Source: Caldisericia bacterium (GTDB lineage Bacteria > Caldisericota > Caldisericia > JAAYUI01). From it: DNA of 64,000 nt. Position 1 is the first letter of the stretch, and each line of letters begins with the position of its first letter. This document shows positions 35,431 to 45,335 of this stretch, in pieces. The notes under the pieces are model-generated. The model worked only from the letters and a program-made list of their open reading frames with translations, had not been told where the DNA came from and ran no database searches. The position numbers and the translations under genes are program-made. The stretch covers positions 224,001 through 288,000 of the forward strand of contig OY771555.1 of the NCBI GenBank assembly GCA_963674785.1, given 5' to 3'.

Positions 35431-37737
35431 TTATGGTACAACCACCTCATATACTTTACTTGGATAACCTGTCTGATCAAGGATTTCAGATAAAAATGGA
35501 GCATTTACTCTTTCATCTCTGTTATCAATATTCATTGTTGACCTGATCCAGAAATGATATTTCTTTGATTCAGTTGGGGTTACCTTGAGCATAAGTTTCC
35601 TTGTTGTTCCGGTTTCCCATGTATTCCATCTAACAACGGCTGATTGATGAATAGCTCTTATTTGCTGCCCATCCCTATGTTCCATAAACGCACCTATATC
35701 ATAAACATGTGAAAATGATGGATATTGTGCCTCAGTATCTGGATCAATAACAATTACAGCACCATCAGGGCTGGAGACAACAACCTCTGATTCAGTGGCA
35801 TTTTCACCATCATTTCTGACATAAACATTCAAAATAAAGGCTTGACCTGGAACAGGGACTGATGGATATGATTCAACAAGGTATATAACAGGTTCCGGCC
35901 CTTTATCAGTAAGCTCAAGTGCTGGAGCTGTTGTTGTATAATCAGAATAGATAATTACTCTGGCTTCTTTTGTTCCATAGTCAGGATGTGATGCGCTAAC
36001 AATCTGTTCACCCACACCAAGCCCGGTGATTGTGTATTTACCATACTCATCTGTTATTGCGGTTCTTCCAGCACAAGTTACAACCGCTCCGACTATCGGG
36101 GTGTTTACGTTTTTTCTGATTACCGAACCAATTAATGACCCTTCACCAGAGGTTACTGTAAACCTCCCAATATAATCGGTTTCCAATCCATCTATATCTG
36201 TTAGTACAACTCTCCACCAGTGTTCACCCGCTGGAACTGGCCCAATTGCAGGTGTTGTATAATCAATTACCTGGAGACCATTTGCATCATAAGTATATCT
36301 CAATTGACTGTTGAGCTGCACAGCTACAGTTTTGATTCCCCTATCATCATTTGCTTTGATTCGAAGCTGGAAAGTTTCATGTTGAGGATATGGAGGCTCG
36401 GGAATCGCAGTAACATCAATAAAGCTTGGTGGCTGCTCTCGTCCCCAGACCCTATACCAAACCTCTCTTGTCTCTTCATATTGCGGCCAGGTTTGTCTAA
36501 ATTTTAGTCGGTGCCAGCCAGGTGAGTCCGTTGGAAGCTGGAGTGATTCAAATATGATTGTTGAACTACTTGCAGATAAAAGCTGCTCAACATCTGCATA
36601 TGGATTATCATCAATAAACCATTGACCGACAATCTTTACGGTACCGATTCCGCCAACATGAAGCCCAAGCTGTGCAATCAGAGGATCGCCCTGTTTTACA
36701 GTGGTGCCATCAGCTGGATACATCAGATATGGCCAAACCCATGATGTCCCAACAATTCTATAGGTAACAATATTTGATGCAGCAACAACAGGAGTAATAA
36801 GCTTGAAATAAACTGAATGGTTTCCAAGAGTTGCTGTTGGGATAACAAGTTCCTTCGTGTAAACGGTCGGACCATTAACACTTTCGTTTAAGGTATAGTA
36901 AACTTCACCATCTACCATAAGATAACCGAAAAGGTTTACCAATCCAGATTTTGTAATATTGAATGTCAATTTGATGGTCTTATAACTGTTTAGAGAAATT
37001 GTTGTTCCTTCAATTATCGGGTCAATGTTGATAAGTGTGCTCGAGTCACCCTCAACCTTATACGAGATTTCGTCAGATACCACAGAGTAAGGTGAGTTTA
37101 CAATAAGCTTAAGTGTGTGGGTTCCAGGAACATTTGTCGGCAGATCTTTTTGAAGCTTTATGTATGCTTCTCCAGCAACATATGCGGTTTCGGTAAAAGC
37201 TTCCTTCTCTCCATCAATTACCCAAAATCCATCTACCGCTTTTGAACCAAAACCTGTTACCTTTAGAGTTGCGTTTGCAGTAAGTTCTTCACCAGGTGAA
37301 ACAACCTGACCATCCTTTGGGGATTCTATCGTGATCTTATCAGGTTCTGGTTCTGTTACTGTATATGTTGTTTTTCTTGTTTTGAGGTGTGTTGGTGAGA
37401 GAAGTTCAAAATATACCTCATGGATTCCGCCATATGATGTTGGAAGTTCTGTTTCAAACAAAATATATTCACTATTGATTGGCGCACTGATTGTCTGGTA
37501 AAAGCTTGGTCCCGGAATCTCATCAATCATAAATCTTCCCCAGATTGAACATGTTCCTTCACCTGCAACAAAAAATTTTACTCTGCCAATAACTTTTCCA
37601 CCAGCAGAAACAGTGGGTGTCTCTGATGGAGCCTCCATTATCACAGAAACCGAGGGGGTATCAGCACTAACACTCGGAACTGAAACCATTGATGCAAGTA
37701 ATAATATCGAAACCAATGCAATTGTAAGACGTCTCAT
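35431..37737 (-). CDS. Secreted protein with four Ig-like repeats plus carboxypeptidase-regulatory-like and CARDB-like domains
   Basis: Signal peptide with SD GGAGGT. Repeats G.(W/F).ID..LPT..G.H; GSLIGSV..PIVGAVV..TDEYGKY. Confidence 0.75.
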   Translation of the reverse strand: MRRLTIALVSILLLASMVSVPSVSADTPSVSVIMEAPSETPTVSAGGKVIGRVKFFVAGEGTCSIWGRFMIDEIPGPSFYQTISAPINSEYILFETELPTSYGGIHEVYFELLSPTHLKTRKTTYTVTEPEPDKITIESPKDGQVVSPGEELTANATLKVTGFGSKAVDGFWVIDGEKEAFTETAYVAGEAYIKLQKDLPTNVPGTHTLKLIVNSPYSVVSDEISYKVEGDSSTLINIDPIIEGTTISLNSYKTIKLTFNITKSGLVNLFGYLMVDGEVYYTLNESVNGPTVYTKELVIPTATLGNHSVYFKLITPVVAASNIVTYRIVGTSWVWPYLMYPADGTTVKQGDPLIAQLGLHVGGIGTVKIVGQWFIDDNPYADVEQLLSASSSTIIFESLQLPTDSPGWHRLKFRQTWPQYEETREVWYRVWGREQPPSFIDVTAIPEPPYPQHETFQLRIKANDDRGIKTVAVQLNSQLRYTYDANGLQVIDYTTPAIGPVPAGEHWWRVVLTDIDGLETDYIGRFTVTSGEGSLIGSVIRKNVNTPIVGAVVTCAGRTAITDEYGKYTITGLGVGEQIVSASHPDYGTKEARVIIYSDYTTTAPALELTDKGPEPVIYLVESYPSVPVPGQAFILNVYVRNDGENATESEVVVSSPDGAVIVIDPDTEAQYPSFSHVYDIGAFMEHRDGQQIRAIHQSAVVRWNTWETGTTRKLMLKVTPTESKKYHFWIRSTMNIDNRDERVNAPFLSEILDQTGYPSKVYEVVVP

Positions 37738-37963
37738 AAGACCTCCAATCTACAACAATTGTAAATAATACTCTCAGAGAGTCAATTGGTTCAATCAGGA
37801 TAAGCAGTTCTCTAACAATATTTCTTCTCAAAATTCCTGTTTTAATATGTTTTTAGCAGTATCGTATCGAAAAAAAATAAACTTCGATTACGTAAACATA
37901 TACATCCCTTGTTTTAGTGTTTTTTTTTGTTAACCTGTCGGTGATTTTGTTAGGAGAAAAAAA

Positions 37964-38749
37964 ATGAGAGCGAAATTTTTTACATATACATTGCCAATTT
38001 GTCTATCGATAATAACCATTGCTGCGATTGTTATTTTAAAAAAAACAGGATCTATAGTTCTTCCACAGATTCCATATGACCTTCATCTTTTTGGAGCATT
38101 AATATACGCAACTGTTCTTAGATTCGGGCTTCAAGATGACCTTAGAGAAAAGGTTTTCTGGAGGATTATTCAATGGTCTATTGGAATCAATTTTATTGGA
38201 GCAGTACTTCGAACCTATGTGTGGCCATTTCTGAATATGCCAGACATAGTCTCTGAGTTAACTCTTGTCCTCTATATCGTTGCAATGCTTTTGATTATTG
38301 TTGCTTTATTCAAAGTAATGAATATATTGGGGATAAATCCTGAAAAGAAAAGCAGGACATACCTAAACATTTCATACATCATAATCTTTGTTATTCTTCT
38401 TGCGATTCTTGCGCCAATTATTATAAAAACTGGACTTAAAATAGAATCAATTGTAACATACGTGATTCTTGTAGTATTTTGTGCATTATCCATTCCGCTT
38501 GCAATTGCTCTCTATGTCTACACAAAAACAGGTGCACTTCGAATTCCATTCCTTTTTATATCCTTAGGGATAGTCTTGCTTTCGATTCAAGTTACTGCAA
38601 TCACCTTTGCCCTTGCTGCAAGCGTAGAAGTCCCAGTCCTTGAATTCTACGTTTTTATTCCGTATGTCCTTTTTGTAATGTTTGCAATGATGGCATTTGC
38701 ATCAAGGATCACAATCACAAGAAAAGCGGAGATATTCTTGAAAAGTTAG
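37964..38749 (+). CDS. Hypothetical polytopic membrane protein (paralog 1)
   Basis: About 8 hydrophobic segments; SD AGGAG. Confidence 0.8.
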   Translation: MRAKFFTYTLPICLSIITIAAIVILKKTGSIVLPQIPYDLHLFGALIYATVLRFGLQDDLREKVFWRIIQWSIGINFIGAVLRTYVWPFLNMPDIVSELTLVLYIVAMLLIIVALFKVMNILGINPEKKSRTYLNISYIIIFVILLAILAPIIIKTGLKIESIVTYVILVVFCALSIPLAIALYVYTKTGALRIPFLFISLGIVLLSIQVTAITFALAASVEVPVLEFYVFIPYVLFVMFAMMAFASRITITRKAEIFLKS

Positions 38750-38778
38750 TATTTCTCAATTAGAACAGGGAGAGCATT

Positions 38779-39570
38779 ATGAGAAACACATTTTTAGTAC
38801 ACATCATACCGCCGGTTCTTGCAGTTATGACTGCAATTATGATAGCAATTTCGTTGATCGTTTATAAGTCTGAATTTATGGCAAATATTTTCTTCAATAC
38901 ACCTCTAGTAGTTGCATTCATATACTCAATCATTACTCCGATGAACCTTCAGGCTGATCTTAAGGAAAGAGCTTTTTGGAAAAATATTCTTCTTGCCTTT
39001 GGGATTTACTCACTTGGTATGATTTTGAGAAACTACGTATTTCCTTTTATTGGAGCCAGCGATACACTTATCACAATAACACAAATACTATATGTTATTG
39101 CGATGTTTATAATGATTTTTAGTATATCGAGATTAATTAAAATCCTCGGAATCAAGTTAGATAAAAAAACGAATCTAAGGATGATTTTGATTGGCACAAT
39201 AACATTCTTGGTTTTGTCGGCAATAATTATTCCTGGGATTCTTGGAACAAAGATTGATCCAATATCACTACCAATATATATCGTGCTTGCGGTTTTTTGT
39301 GCTGTATCAGTCCCTCTGACAATCACATTCTACAGAGAAACAAGAACAGGTGCTCTTAGGGTGCCATTTTTGTTTATGAGCATATCGATCTCTATGCTTG
39401 TAATACAAACAGCATGCATTGCTATCGGGTATTCGATTGGAAACCCATCACCCACACTTCATCCAAGTGTTATCGCACCATACATTCTGTTCCTGACTTT
39501 TGCAATGATGTCAATGGGTTCGAGAATCGAGATTGCACAAACACTAAAAAAAGAGCTTGAAAGAATCTAG
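38779..39570 (+). CDS. Hypothetical polytopic membrane protein (paralog 2)
   Basis: Shares LQ.DL.E..FW, ILGI and TGALR.PFLF with the upstream gene. Confidence 0.8.
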   Translation: MRNTFLVHIIPPVLAVMTAIMIAISLIVYKSEFMANIFFNTPLVVAFIYSIITPMNLQADLKERAFWKNILLAFGIYSLGMILRNYVFPFIGASDTLITITQILYVIAMFIMIFSISRLIKILGIKLDKKTNLRMILIGTITFLVLSAIIIPGILGTKIDPISLPIYIVLAVFCAVSVPLTITFYRETRTGALRVPFLFMSISISMLVIQTACIAIGYSIGNPSPTLHPSVIAPYILFLTFAMMSMGSRIEIAQTLKKELERI

Positions 39571-40454
39571 TTAGCTTTCTGTTTTGATTTTGTACTGGTC
39601 AACCATACACCAGCAACAACCAACAAAGCACCCGGATAGACGATTAGCGGAACAACCTCACCAAACATAAACCATGCAATGATTGCAGCACCTGCTGGTT
39701 CAAACAAAATTGCAGTTGCAGAAGTTGCAGCAGAAAACGCTTTTATCGAAATAATTACCCCACCATGACCAATGATCTGTGCAAGAATCCCCATCAACCC
39801 AAATGAAACCCAGACATCCGACGAAAATCCAGCAAGAGGTTGACTGGCAATAAAAGCTGAGATTAGAATTATCAAAGCTGCAACGGGAAAAATCACGGAT
39901 ACCGTTTCCCAAGTATTCATCTCTTCCATCGCTGTTCGAGACCTTAGCATGTAAAGTGCTGCAAACATAGCAGCAACAAGAGAAAGAATTGAACCAATCC
40001 AAGATGTTCCGCCCTCACTCATTCCTGAGAAGGCAACAATTATCGCACCGACCATTGCAACCCCCACTCCAAGAAGGATTCTTTTTGTGGGTTTTTGCTT
40101 ATAAAGTATTGCATCAAAAACAACAACCCAGACGGGTGTTGTTGTAACCAACACAACTGAAACACTTATGTTTACAAGACCAACACCTGTTATCCATGTT
40201 AAAAAATGAAGAGCCATGAACAACCCACCAACGACTGCTGCAGTCCAAGCTTTTTTTGAGGCTTTTATCTTCCATGGTTTTCCAAGAAATGCCATGAACA
40301 CACTACCAAGTAGAATTCTCCAAAAAGCTGTAGCAAACACGTTCGCCCCACCATCAAGGCAGACCTTAATAAGAGGTGCAGCAAATGAGATTCCAACAAT
40401 CGCCCCAATCAGAATCAGATAGTCTTTTATCACAGGGCTTGGTTTTGTGTTCAT
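39567..40454 (-). CDS. EamA/DMT family transporter
   Basis: About 10 TM segments; AFWRI, LHFLTW, TTPVW, QIIGH and LFEP. Confidence 0.9.
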   Translation of the reverse strand: MNTKPSPVIKDYLILIGAIVGISFAAPLIKVCLDGGANVFATAFWRILLGSVFMAFLGKPWKIKASKKAWTAAVVGGLFMALHFLTWITGVGLVNISVSVVLVTTTPVWVVVFDAILYKQKPTKRILLGVGVAMVGAIIVAFSGMSEGGTSWIGSILSLVAAMFAALYMLRSRTAMEEMNTWETVSVIFPVAALIILISAFIASQPLAGFSSDVWVSFGLMGILAQIIGHGGVIISIKAFSAATSATAILFEPAGAAIIAWFMFGEVVPLIVYPGALLVVAGVWLTSTKSKQKAN

Positions 40455-40461
40455 GGAAGTG

Positions 40462-40489
40462 AGAGTAGGGGAATTTTTAAATCATTCAA
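40462..40489 (-). promoter_or_regulatory. Leaderless promoter TTGAAT-16-TACTCT
   Basis: -10 ends 7 nt before the ATG at 40454. Confidence 0.55.
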
Positions 40490-41020
40490 GAATACAAATC
40501 TAGCTTCTCAATCCCCATATTCCAAAGGATAAATGAAATCATATCTGCTAGTTCTTTCACCCTTTCATCTTTTGTTGTAAATGAGTGTCCTCCAGAACTC
40601 AAATGCAATAAAATTGGGTTCTCTGAAGCTTGAGCTTCCTGAAGTCTTGCAACAAACTTGTAAGAATGAAATGGAAAAACTCGGTCATCATGCTCTGATG
40701 CCATAACAAGTGCTGGTGGATATTCAGTCTCATCTTTAACATTGTGATAGGGTGAATATGCATATAGATACTTGAATTGATCGGGATTATCTGATGTACC
40801 AAATTCTTCTATTGAGATTGAAAGATGATCTCTTTTGACCATATCATAAAAACCGGCACCTGGAACAGAAACTCCGACCTTTTCTGGCGCTTGATTTAAT
40901 ACTGCCCCCATAGTTAATCCTCCATTTGAATAACCATGTGTGGCAATTTTTTCATTTTTTGAGTATCCCGCAGCAACCAAAAAATCGATTGCGGCAATAT
41001 AGTCATTTATTGAATTTTGT
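40486..41020 (-). pseudogene. C-terminal fragment of a prolyl oligopeptidase (S9A)
   Basis: KQNSINDYIAA, GYSNGGL, YSPYHNV, HDDRV and GGH. The N-terminal propeller is missing and there is no plausible start. Confidence 0.75.
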
Positions 41021-41686
41021 TTATTTTTGAAATGCTTGCCAGTCTTTATCAAACTTCTCAAGACCAGCATCAGTAAGTGGATGTTTGTACATCTGCTTGA
41101 TTACTGAATATGGGATTGTTGCGATGTCACAACCAATCATTGCAGTTGCTGTAACATGTGCAACATGTCTAATTGATGCAGCAATAACCTTTGTTTCATA
41201 TCCATTTGCCCTTACCGTTTCAACAATATCTTGAAGGGTTGCGATCCCATTGTGACCAATATCATCAATCCTTCCAACAAACGGAGAGATATATGTTGCC
41301 CCAGCTTCGCAAGCAAGGATTGCCTGAGTCACATTGAAAACGAGTGTGCAATTGGTAGCAATCCCTTTTGAAGAAAGCTCTGCAACAACTTTTATACCTT
41401 CAACAGACATCGGCACTTTTATTGTAATTCTGTTTTTAAACTCCTTTGATTTCGACCAATCCAAAATCTCTTCAGCATGTGAAAGCATTTCAGAAGCATT
41501 TTTACCAGAAACCTCAGCAGATATTGGACCAGGAATCAAATCCATAATACCCAGGATTATGTCTTTGAAACTTCCATTATTGTTTTTGGATATTAGTGAT
41601 GGATTTGTTGTTACACCAGAGATTACTCCAAGTGTGGCAGCTTCCTTAATCTCATCAATATTTGCTGAATCAATAAAAATCTGCAT
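41021..41686 (-). CDS. fsa: Transaldolase / fructose-6-phosphate aldolase
   Basis: IFIDSAN, GVTTNPSL, IKVP, NCTLVF, SPFVGRIDD, AASIR and HPLTD. Confidence 0.93.
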   Translation of the reverse strand: MQIFIDSANIDEIKEAATLGVISGVTTNPSLISKNNNGSFKDIILGIMDLIPGPISAEVSGKNASEMLSHAEEILDWSKSKEFKNRITIKVPMSVEGIKVVAELSSKGIATNCTLVFNVTQAILACEAGATYISPFVGRIDDIGHNGIATLQDIVETVRANGYETKVIAASIRHVAHVTATAMIGCDIATIPYSVIKQMYKHPLTDAGLEKFDKDWQAFQK

Positions 41687-41780
41687 TTTTGCACCTCAAT
41701 TTTTTCTAACCGACCCAAAGGGTAGAGAACTCTTTAATAAAGTCAAGCACCTCAAGCATAAATTGGTGTATTGACTGATA

Positions 41781-41808
41781 TTTTTGTCGATGTAGAATTG
41801 CCACAAAG
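41781..41808 (+). promoter_or_regulatory. Sigma70-type promoter TTGACT-16-TAGAAT
   Basis: Directly upstream of the 41818 gene and its SD AAGGAG. Confidence 0.55.
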
Positions 41809-41817
41809 GAGACAATC

Positions 41818-44094
41818 ATGAAAAGTCACTTAAAGTCATTTTTTATTTGTTTGATAGTATTGCTGATGGTTGGGTCATCGCTAGGACTCGCAAGTGCTGA
41901 AAACACGAGAACCTGGGCAATGGCTGGGGGAACAGCAGACCGACAGAGAAGAAGCATCGCCCGAGTCGAACCTCCACTAATTCCCGCATGGAACACCGGT
42001 GGCGAAGGCTCGATTTGGGGTGTACGACCAGTTCTTTCATCAAAATATGCTTATCTTGGTTTTGCAAAACTTGTAAGTCAGAAACCTCTTGAATATGACA
42101 GATGGATCGAAAAAAGAGACCTTGAGACAGGAGATCTTATCTGGGATTATGATAAAGCATGGAATATCTGGGGTACCTACCAAGGTGACATCATTGTTCA
42201 AGGATTTGATGATGACTTCAGTGCATGGTATAGAAGAATCGACGGCGGAGATAGGCATACGGTTTGGAATCATACTTGGAATGACAGAACTGTAAGAAAA
42301 ACATCAATCGATGGTGATGTGATTTACACCTCTTCATTTATGGACTCAAAAGATGAAAATGGTGAAGATATAAAGATTCACTACCTTCATGCCTTTTCTG
42401 CTGTTAATGGAAAAATGCTATGGAGGAAAAATTATAAAGACACCACATGTGTTGACCTTGGATTCTGTATCTGGGAAGATGCCCTTTATTATTCGGTTGG
42501 TCTGAAGTTTTATAAGTTGTCCAAAAGTAATGGTGGCGAAATCTGGAGCATCGATATACCAGAAAAGCTACCAAAAAATATCTTCATAACTGCTGACGAA
42601 GAGGGTGTTTTTTATGTGGATATTAATGATAAGCTAATAAAAAGATCACACGAAGATGGAAGTGAGCTTTGGAATATGCAGCTTTCAAGTTATCAAAAAG
42701 AAGAGAAAGATGATACACCATCAAGCTCTCCGGGCATCATGGACGGAAAGGTCTATGTTCAGTCAAGAGGTAACCACCATCAGGGTGAACCAAAGTACAT
42801 GTACTGCCTTGACGCAAAAACTGGACAGATGGTGTGGGAGACAATGCTTGAAGGAACATCATTCCTTGAAAACTTTGACATTGGTCATGCCGTAACCTGC
42901 ACAAAATATGCTGTCTATTGCATGGCAGAAGCACCAGGGATAAAGGATACTCAGATAACAGCATTTGACCCCGAAACTGGAAGAATTATCTGGAAGGATA
43001 CCACAAAAGGTATTCCTTATCAGGATGAGTTAGCTGTTACCACAAGCTACCTTGTTGCAAGTTTTGCTGAATACTCAGATATCAGCGAACCAATCTATGA
43101 ACACAGATGCTGGACAAACAAGGGTGTAGATAAACCCGAACTCGAAACAGAATCCGAAGAGTTATCTTTTGGTGAAATTGATGGAGACACTAAAGTCACT
43201 AAAAAACTCAAGATTTGGAGTGGAACCGATACTGAGATTGTGGGAACAGTTGAATCAAGCGAAGGCTGGTTGACAGTCTCACCCTCAAGCTTCTCTGGGA
43301 ATGAAGTAAACATATCACTGACAGCAAACCCATCCCAGATGACAGAGGGAATCAATCAGGCAACACTATCCATAAAATCAAATGGTGGGGATAAAGATAT
43401 CAGCGTCACAGCTATTTATGGGAAAGGAAGTTTGCTTGAGGAAAAAACATTCAATTTCGACATAAATTGCACCAACTTTGATGATTGGAAAGAGATTATA
43501 AGGCTTGAAGGGTTTCAAAAAGGCTCAGTTGATGTCGATGTTCCATGGCTAATTGTTGAACCAAGTATAATCATGGGGACAGATATAGATGTTGTTTTCA
43601 AACTGAATGAAACCCAGGTCAATGACACAAACAGATCGGCAGAAGTTATCATTGAAACTGGAAATGTAAAATACACCTGCATCATCAATATCACAAAAAT
43701 GCCGATCACAAGAAACATCAACATGTGGATCAGCAATAAAGAGGCACTCGTAAACGGTGAAAAACAAACTGTTGACCCACCTCCTCAGATTCTTGAGGGA
43801 AGGACAATGCTTCCTCTCAGATTCACAGGTGAAGCACTTGGAATTGAATTTACGTGGATTGCAGAAACCAGAAGTGTTGAATACTTTACATTCAACGGTG
43901 AAAAGGTTGTTCTTGGAATAGGCAACAAGGTCGCAAAAATTGGCGAGAGAGAAGTAACCGTTGACCCACCAGCACAAATCCTTGAGGGAAGAACGATGGT
44001 TCCTGTCAGATTCATCAGTGAATCCCTTGGTGCAGAAGTCTCCTGGGATGGCGATGAACGCAAAGTAACAGTAGATTTGGAGATTTGCCAATAA
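41818..44094 (+). CDS. Secreted PQQ-like propeller, BACON-like and stalk domain protein
   Basis: WAMAGGTADR, GxxxW repeats, WLTVSP, GRTMLPLRF and GRTMVPVRFISE. Confidence 0.85.
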   Translation: MKSHLKSFFICLIVLLMVGSSLGLASAENTRTWAMAGGTADRQRRSIARVEPPLIPAWNTGGEGSIWGVRPVLSSKYAYLGFAKLVSQKPLEYDRWIEKRDLETGDLIWDYDKAWNIWGTYQGDIIVQGFDDDFSAWYRRIDGGDRHTVWNHTWNDRTVRKTSIDGDVIYTSSFMDSKDENGEDIKIHYLHAFSAVNGKMLWRKNYKDTTCVDLGFCIWEDALYYSVGLKFYKLSKSNGGEIWSIDIPEKLPKNIFITADEEGVFYVDINDKLIKRSHEDGSELWNMQLSSYQKEEKDDTPSSSPGIMDGKVYVQSRGNHHQGEPKYMYCLDAKTGQMVWETMLEGTSFLENFDIGHAVTCTKYAVYCMAEAPGIKDTQITAFDPETGRIIWKDTTKGIPYQDELAVTTSYLVASFAEYSDISEPIYEHRCWTNKGVDKPELETESEELSFGEIDGDTKVTKKLKIWSGTDTEIVGTVESSEGWLTVSPSSFSGNEVNISLTANPSQMTEGINQATLSIKSNGGDKDISVTAIYGKGSLLEEKTFNFDINCTNFDDWKEIIRLEGFQKGSVDVDVPWLIVEPSIIMGTDIDVVFKLNETQVNDTNRSAEVIIETGNVKYTCIINITKMPITRNINMWISNKEALVNGEKQTVDPPPQILEGRTMLPLRFTGEALGIEFTWIAETRSVEYFTFNGEKVVLGIGNKVAKIGEREVTVDPPAQILEGRTMVPVRFISESLGAEVSWDGDERKVTVDLEICQ

Positions 44095-44104
44095 GTTATT
44101 GCCT

Positions 44105-45301
44105 ATGAGTCTCGAGAGTAAACTGAACAGAATTTTGGGTGCGGGAAGTAATCCTGCACCCAAAAAAAATATTGTACCCATTGATGAATTGATCTCTGGT
44201 GAGTGGGAAAAAGATGGGGATTCAAAAGTTTTCATCAGGGAAAGTGTCACGAATCTCGATGCACTAACGAGTTCCCACTTTGAATCCTTAAAGAGTGTTT
44301 CAGGAATCACATCTGATATTTCCGATGACAGACTTTTATTCATGGACACAGAAACAACAGGTCTCATGGGTGGAACGGGAACATTTGCCTTCATGATTGG
44401 GGTTGGCAAAGTCAAAAACGGCAAATTTCAAACAACCCAGTTTTTCATGCCTAATTTCTCAGATGAATTTTTGCATCTGAAACTTTTTTCTGATTACATA
44501 AACAAAGATACGATCCTTGCGACATTCAACGGAAAAACTTTTGATGCCCCTCTTCTTGAATCAAGATTCATTTTGAATCGAATGAGAAACCCTCTAAACC
44601 TTGAACACATCGACCTCCTTCACTACGCACGTGTCATATGGCGTGAAACCCTTGATTCATGTTCGCTGCAGAGCCTCGAAAAAAACATCTTGAATCTTCA
44701 CCGATTTGATGACACTCCAGGATTCATGATTCCACAGATTTATTTCAACTACATCAGGGAAGGAAACGCCAAACCCATCCCTGGAATATTTGAACACAAT
44801 GAGATAGACATCGTCTCAATGCACAAGATTATGTACGCTATTGCGGACATCTTCGATAACCCCAAAAGCAAATACTTCGAATCCCCAAAAGAAATTCTGA
44901 GGGTTGGCAAATATCATCTTAATAAGGAAAGATGTGAGAAAGCATTTGAATATTTCAAAGAGGCGACCCTCTGTGAGGACTTGGAAACTTCTGATAAAAC
45001 CCATCTTGAAATTGGCTTTTATCACAAAAAGGGAGGGGATTTTGTAGAGTCATTTGAGGCTTTTTCAAGAGTCAGAAGTAACCCAAAAATGATGATCACA
45101 GCAAGGGTCGAGATGGCAAAGCACCTTGAGCATCGGGTCAAAGATTTTGATAGTGCTTTGAATCACACCAACAAAGCTATTCAAACCCACCAAAACATGA
45201 AACATCTGATGGGAGAATCTGTTTCATGTATAAGTGCTGAGGAGCTGTACCACAGACAGAGAAGACTGCTTGAGAAGAAAAAGAGGTTTGAAAATAAGTA
45301 G
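44105..45301 (+). CDS. YprB-like RNase H-fold exonuclease with a TPR C-terminus
   Basis: FMDTETTGL, TFNGKTFD, HIDLLH, HNEID and AKHLEHR. Confidence 0.88.
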   Translation: MSLESKLNRILGAGSNPAPKKNIVPIDELISGEWEKDGDSKVFIRESVTNLDALTSSHFESLKSVSGITSDISDDRLLFMDTETTGLMGGTGTFAFMIGVGKVKNGKFQTTQFFMPNFSDEFLHLKLFSDYINKDTILATFNGKTFDAPLLESRFILNRMRNPLNLEHIDLLHYARVIWRETLDSCSLQSLEKNILNLHRFDDTPGFMIPQIYFNYIREGNAKPIPGIFEHNEIDIVSMHKIMYAIADIFDNPKSKYFESPKEILRVGKYHLNKERCEKAFEYFKEATLCEDLETSDKTHLEIGFYHKKGGDFVESFEAFSRVRSNPKMMITARVEMAKHLEHRVKDFDSALNHTNKAIQTHQNMKHLMGESVSCISAEELYHRQRRLLEKKKRFENK

Positions 45302-45335
45302 GTTTTTAAGTATCCTCTTTTTTATGGAGAAACTC

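Noticed and set aside
37863-37892. Imperfect inverted repeat CGTATCGAA...TTCGATTACG as a riboswitch or operator
   Set aside because: It is short and imperfect in AT-rich DNA and matches no motif I recognise.
43549-44424. 291-aa antisense ORF, and the many other short overlapping ORFs in the track
   Set aside because: They shadow well-supported genes on the opposite strand or in another frame and have no recognisable motifs.
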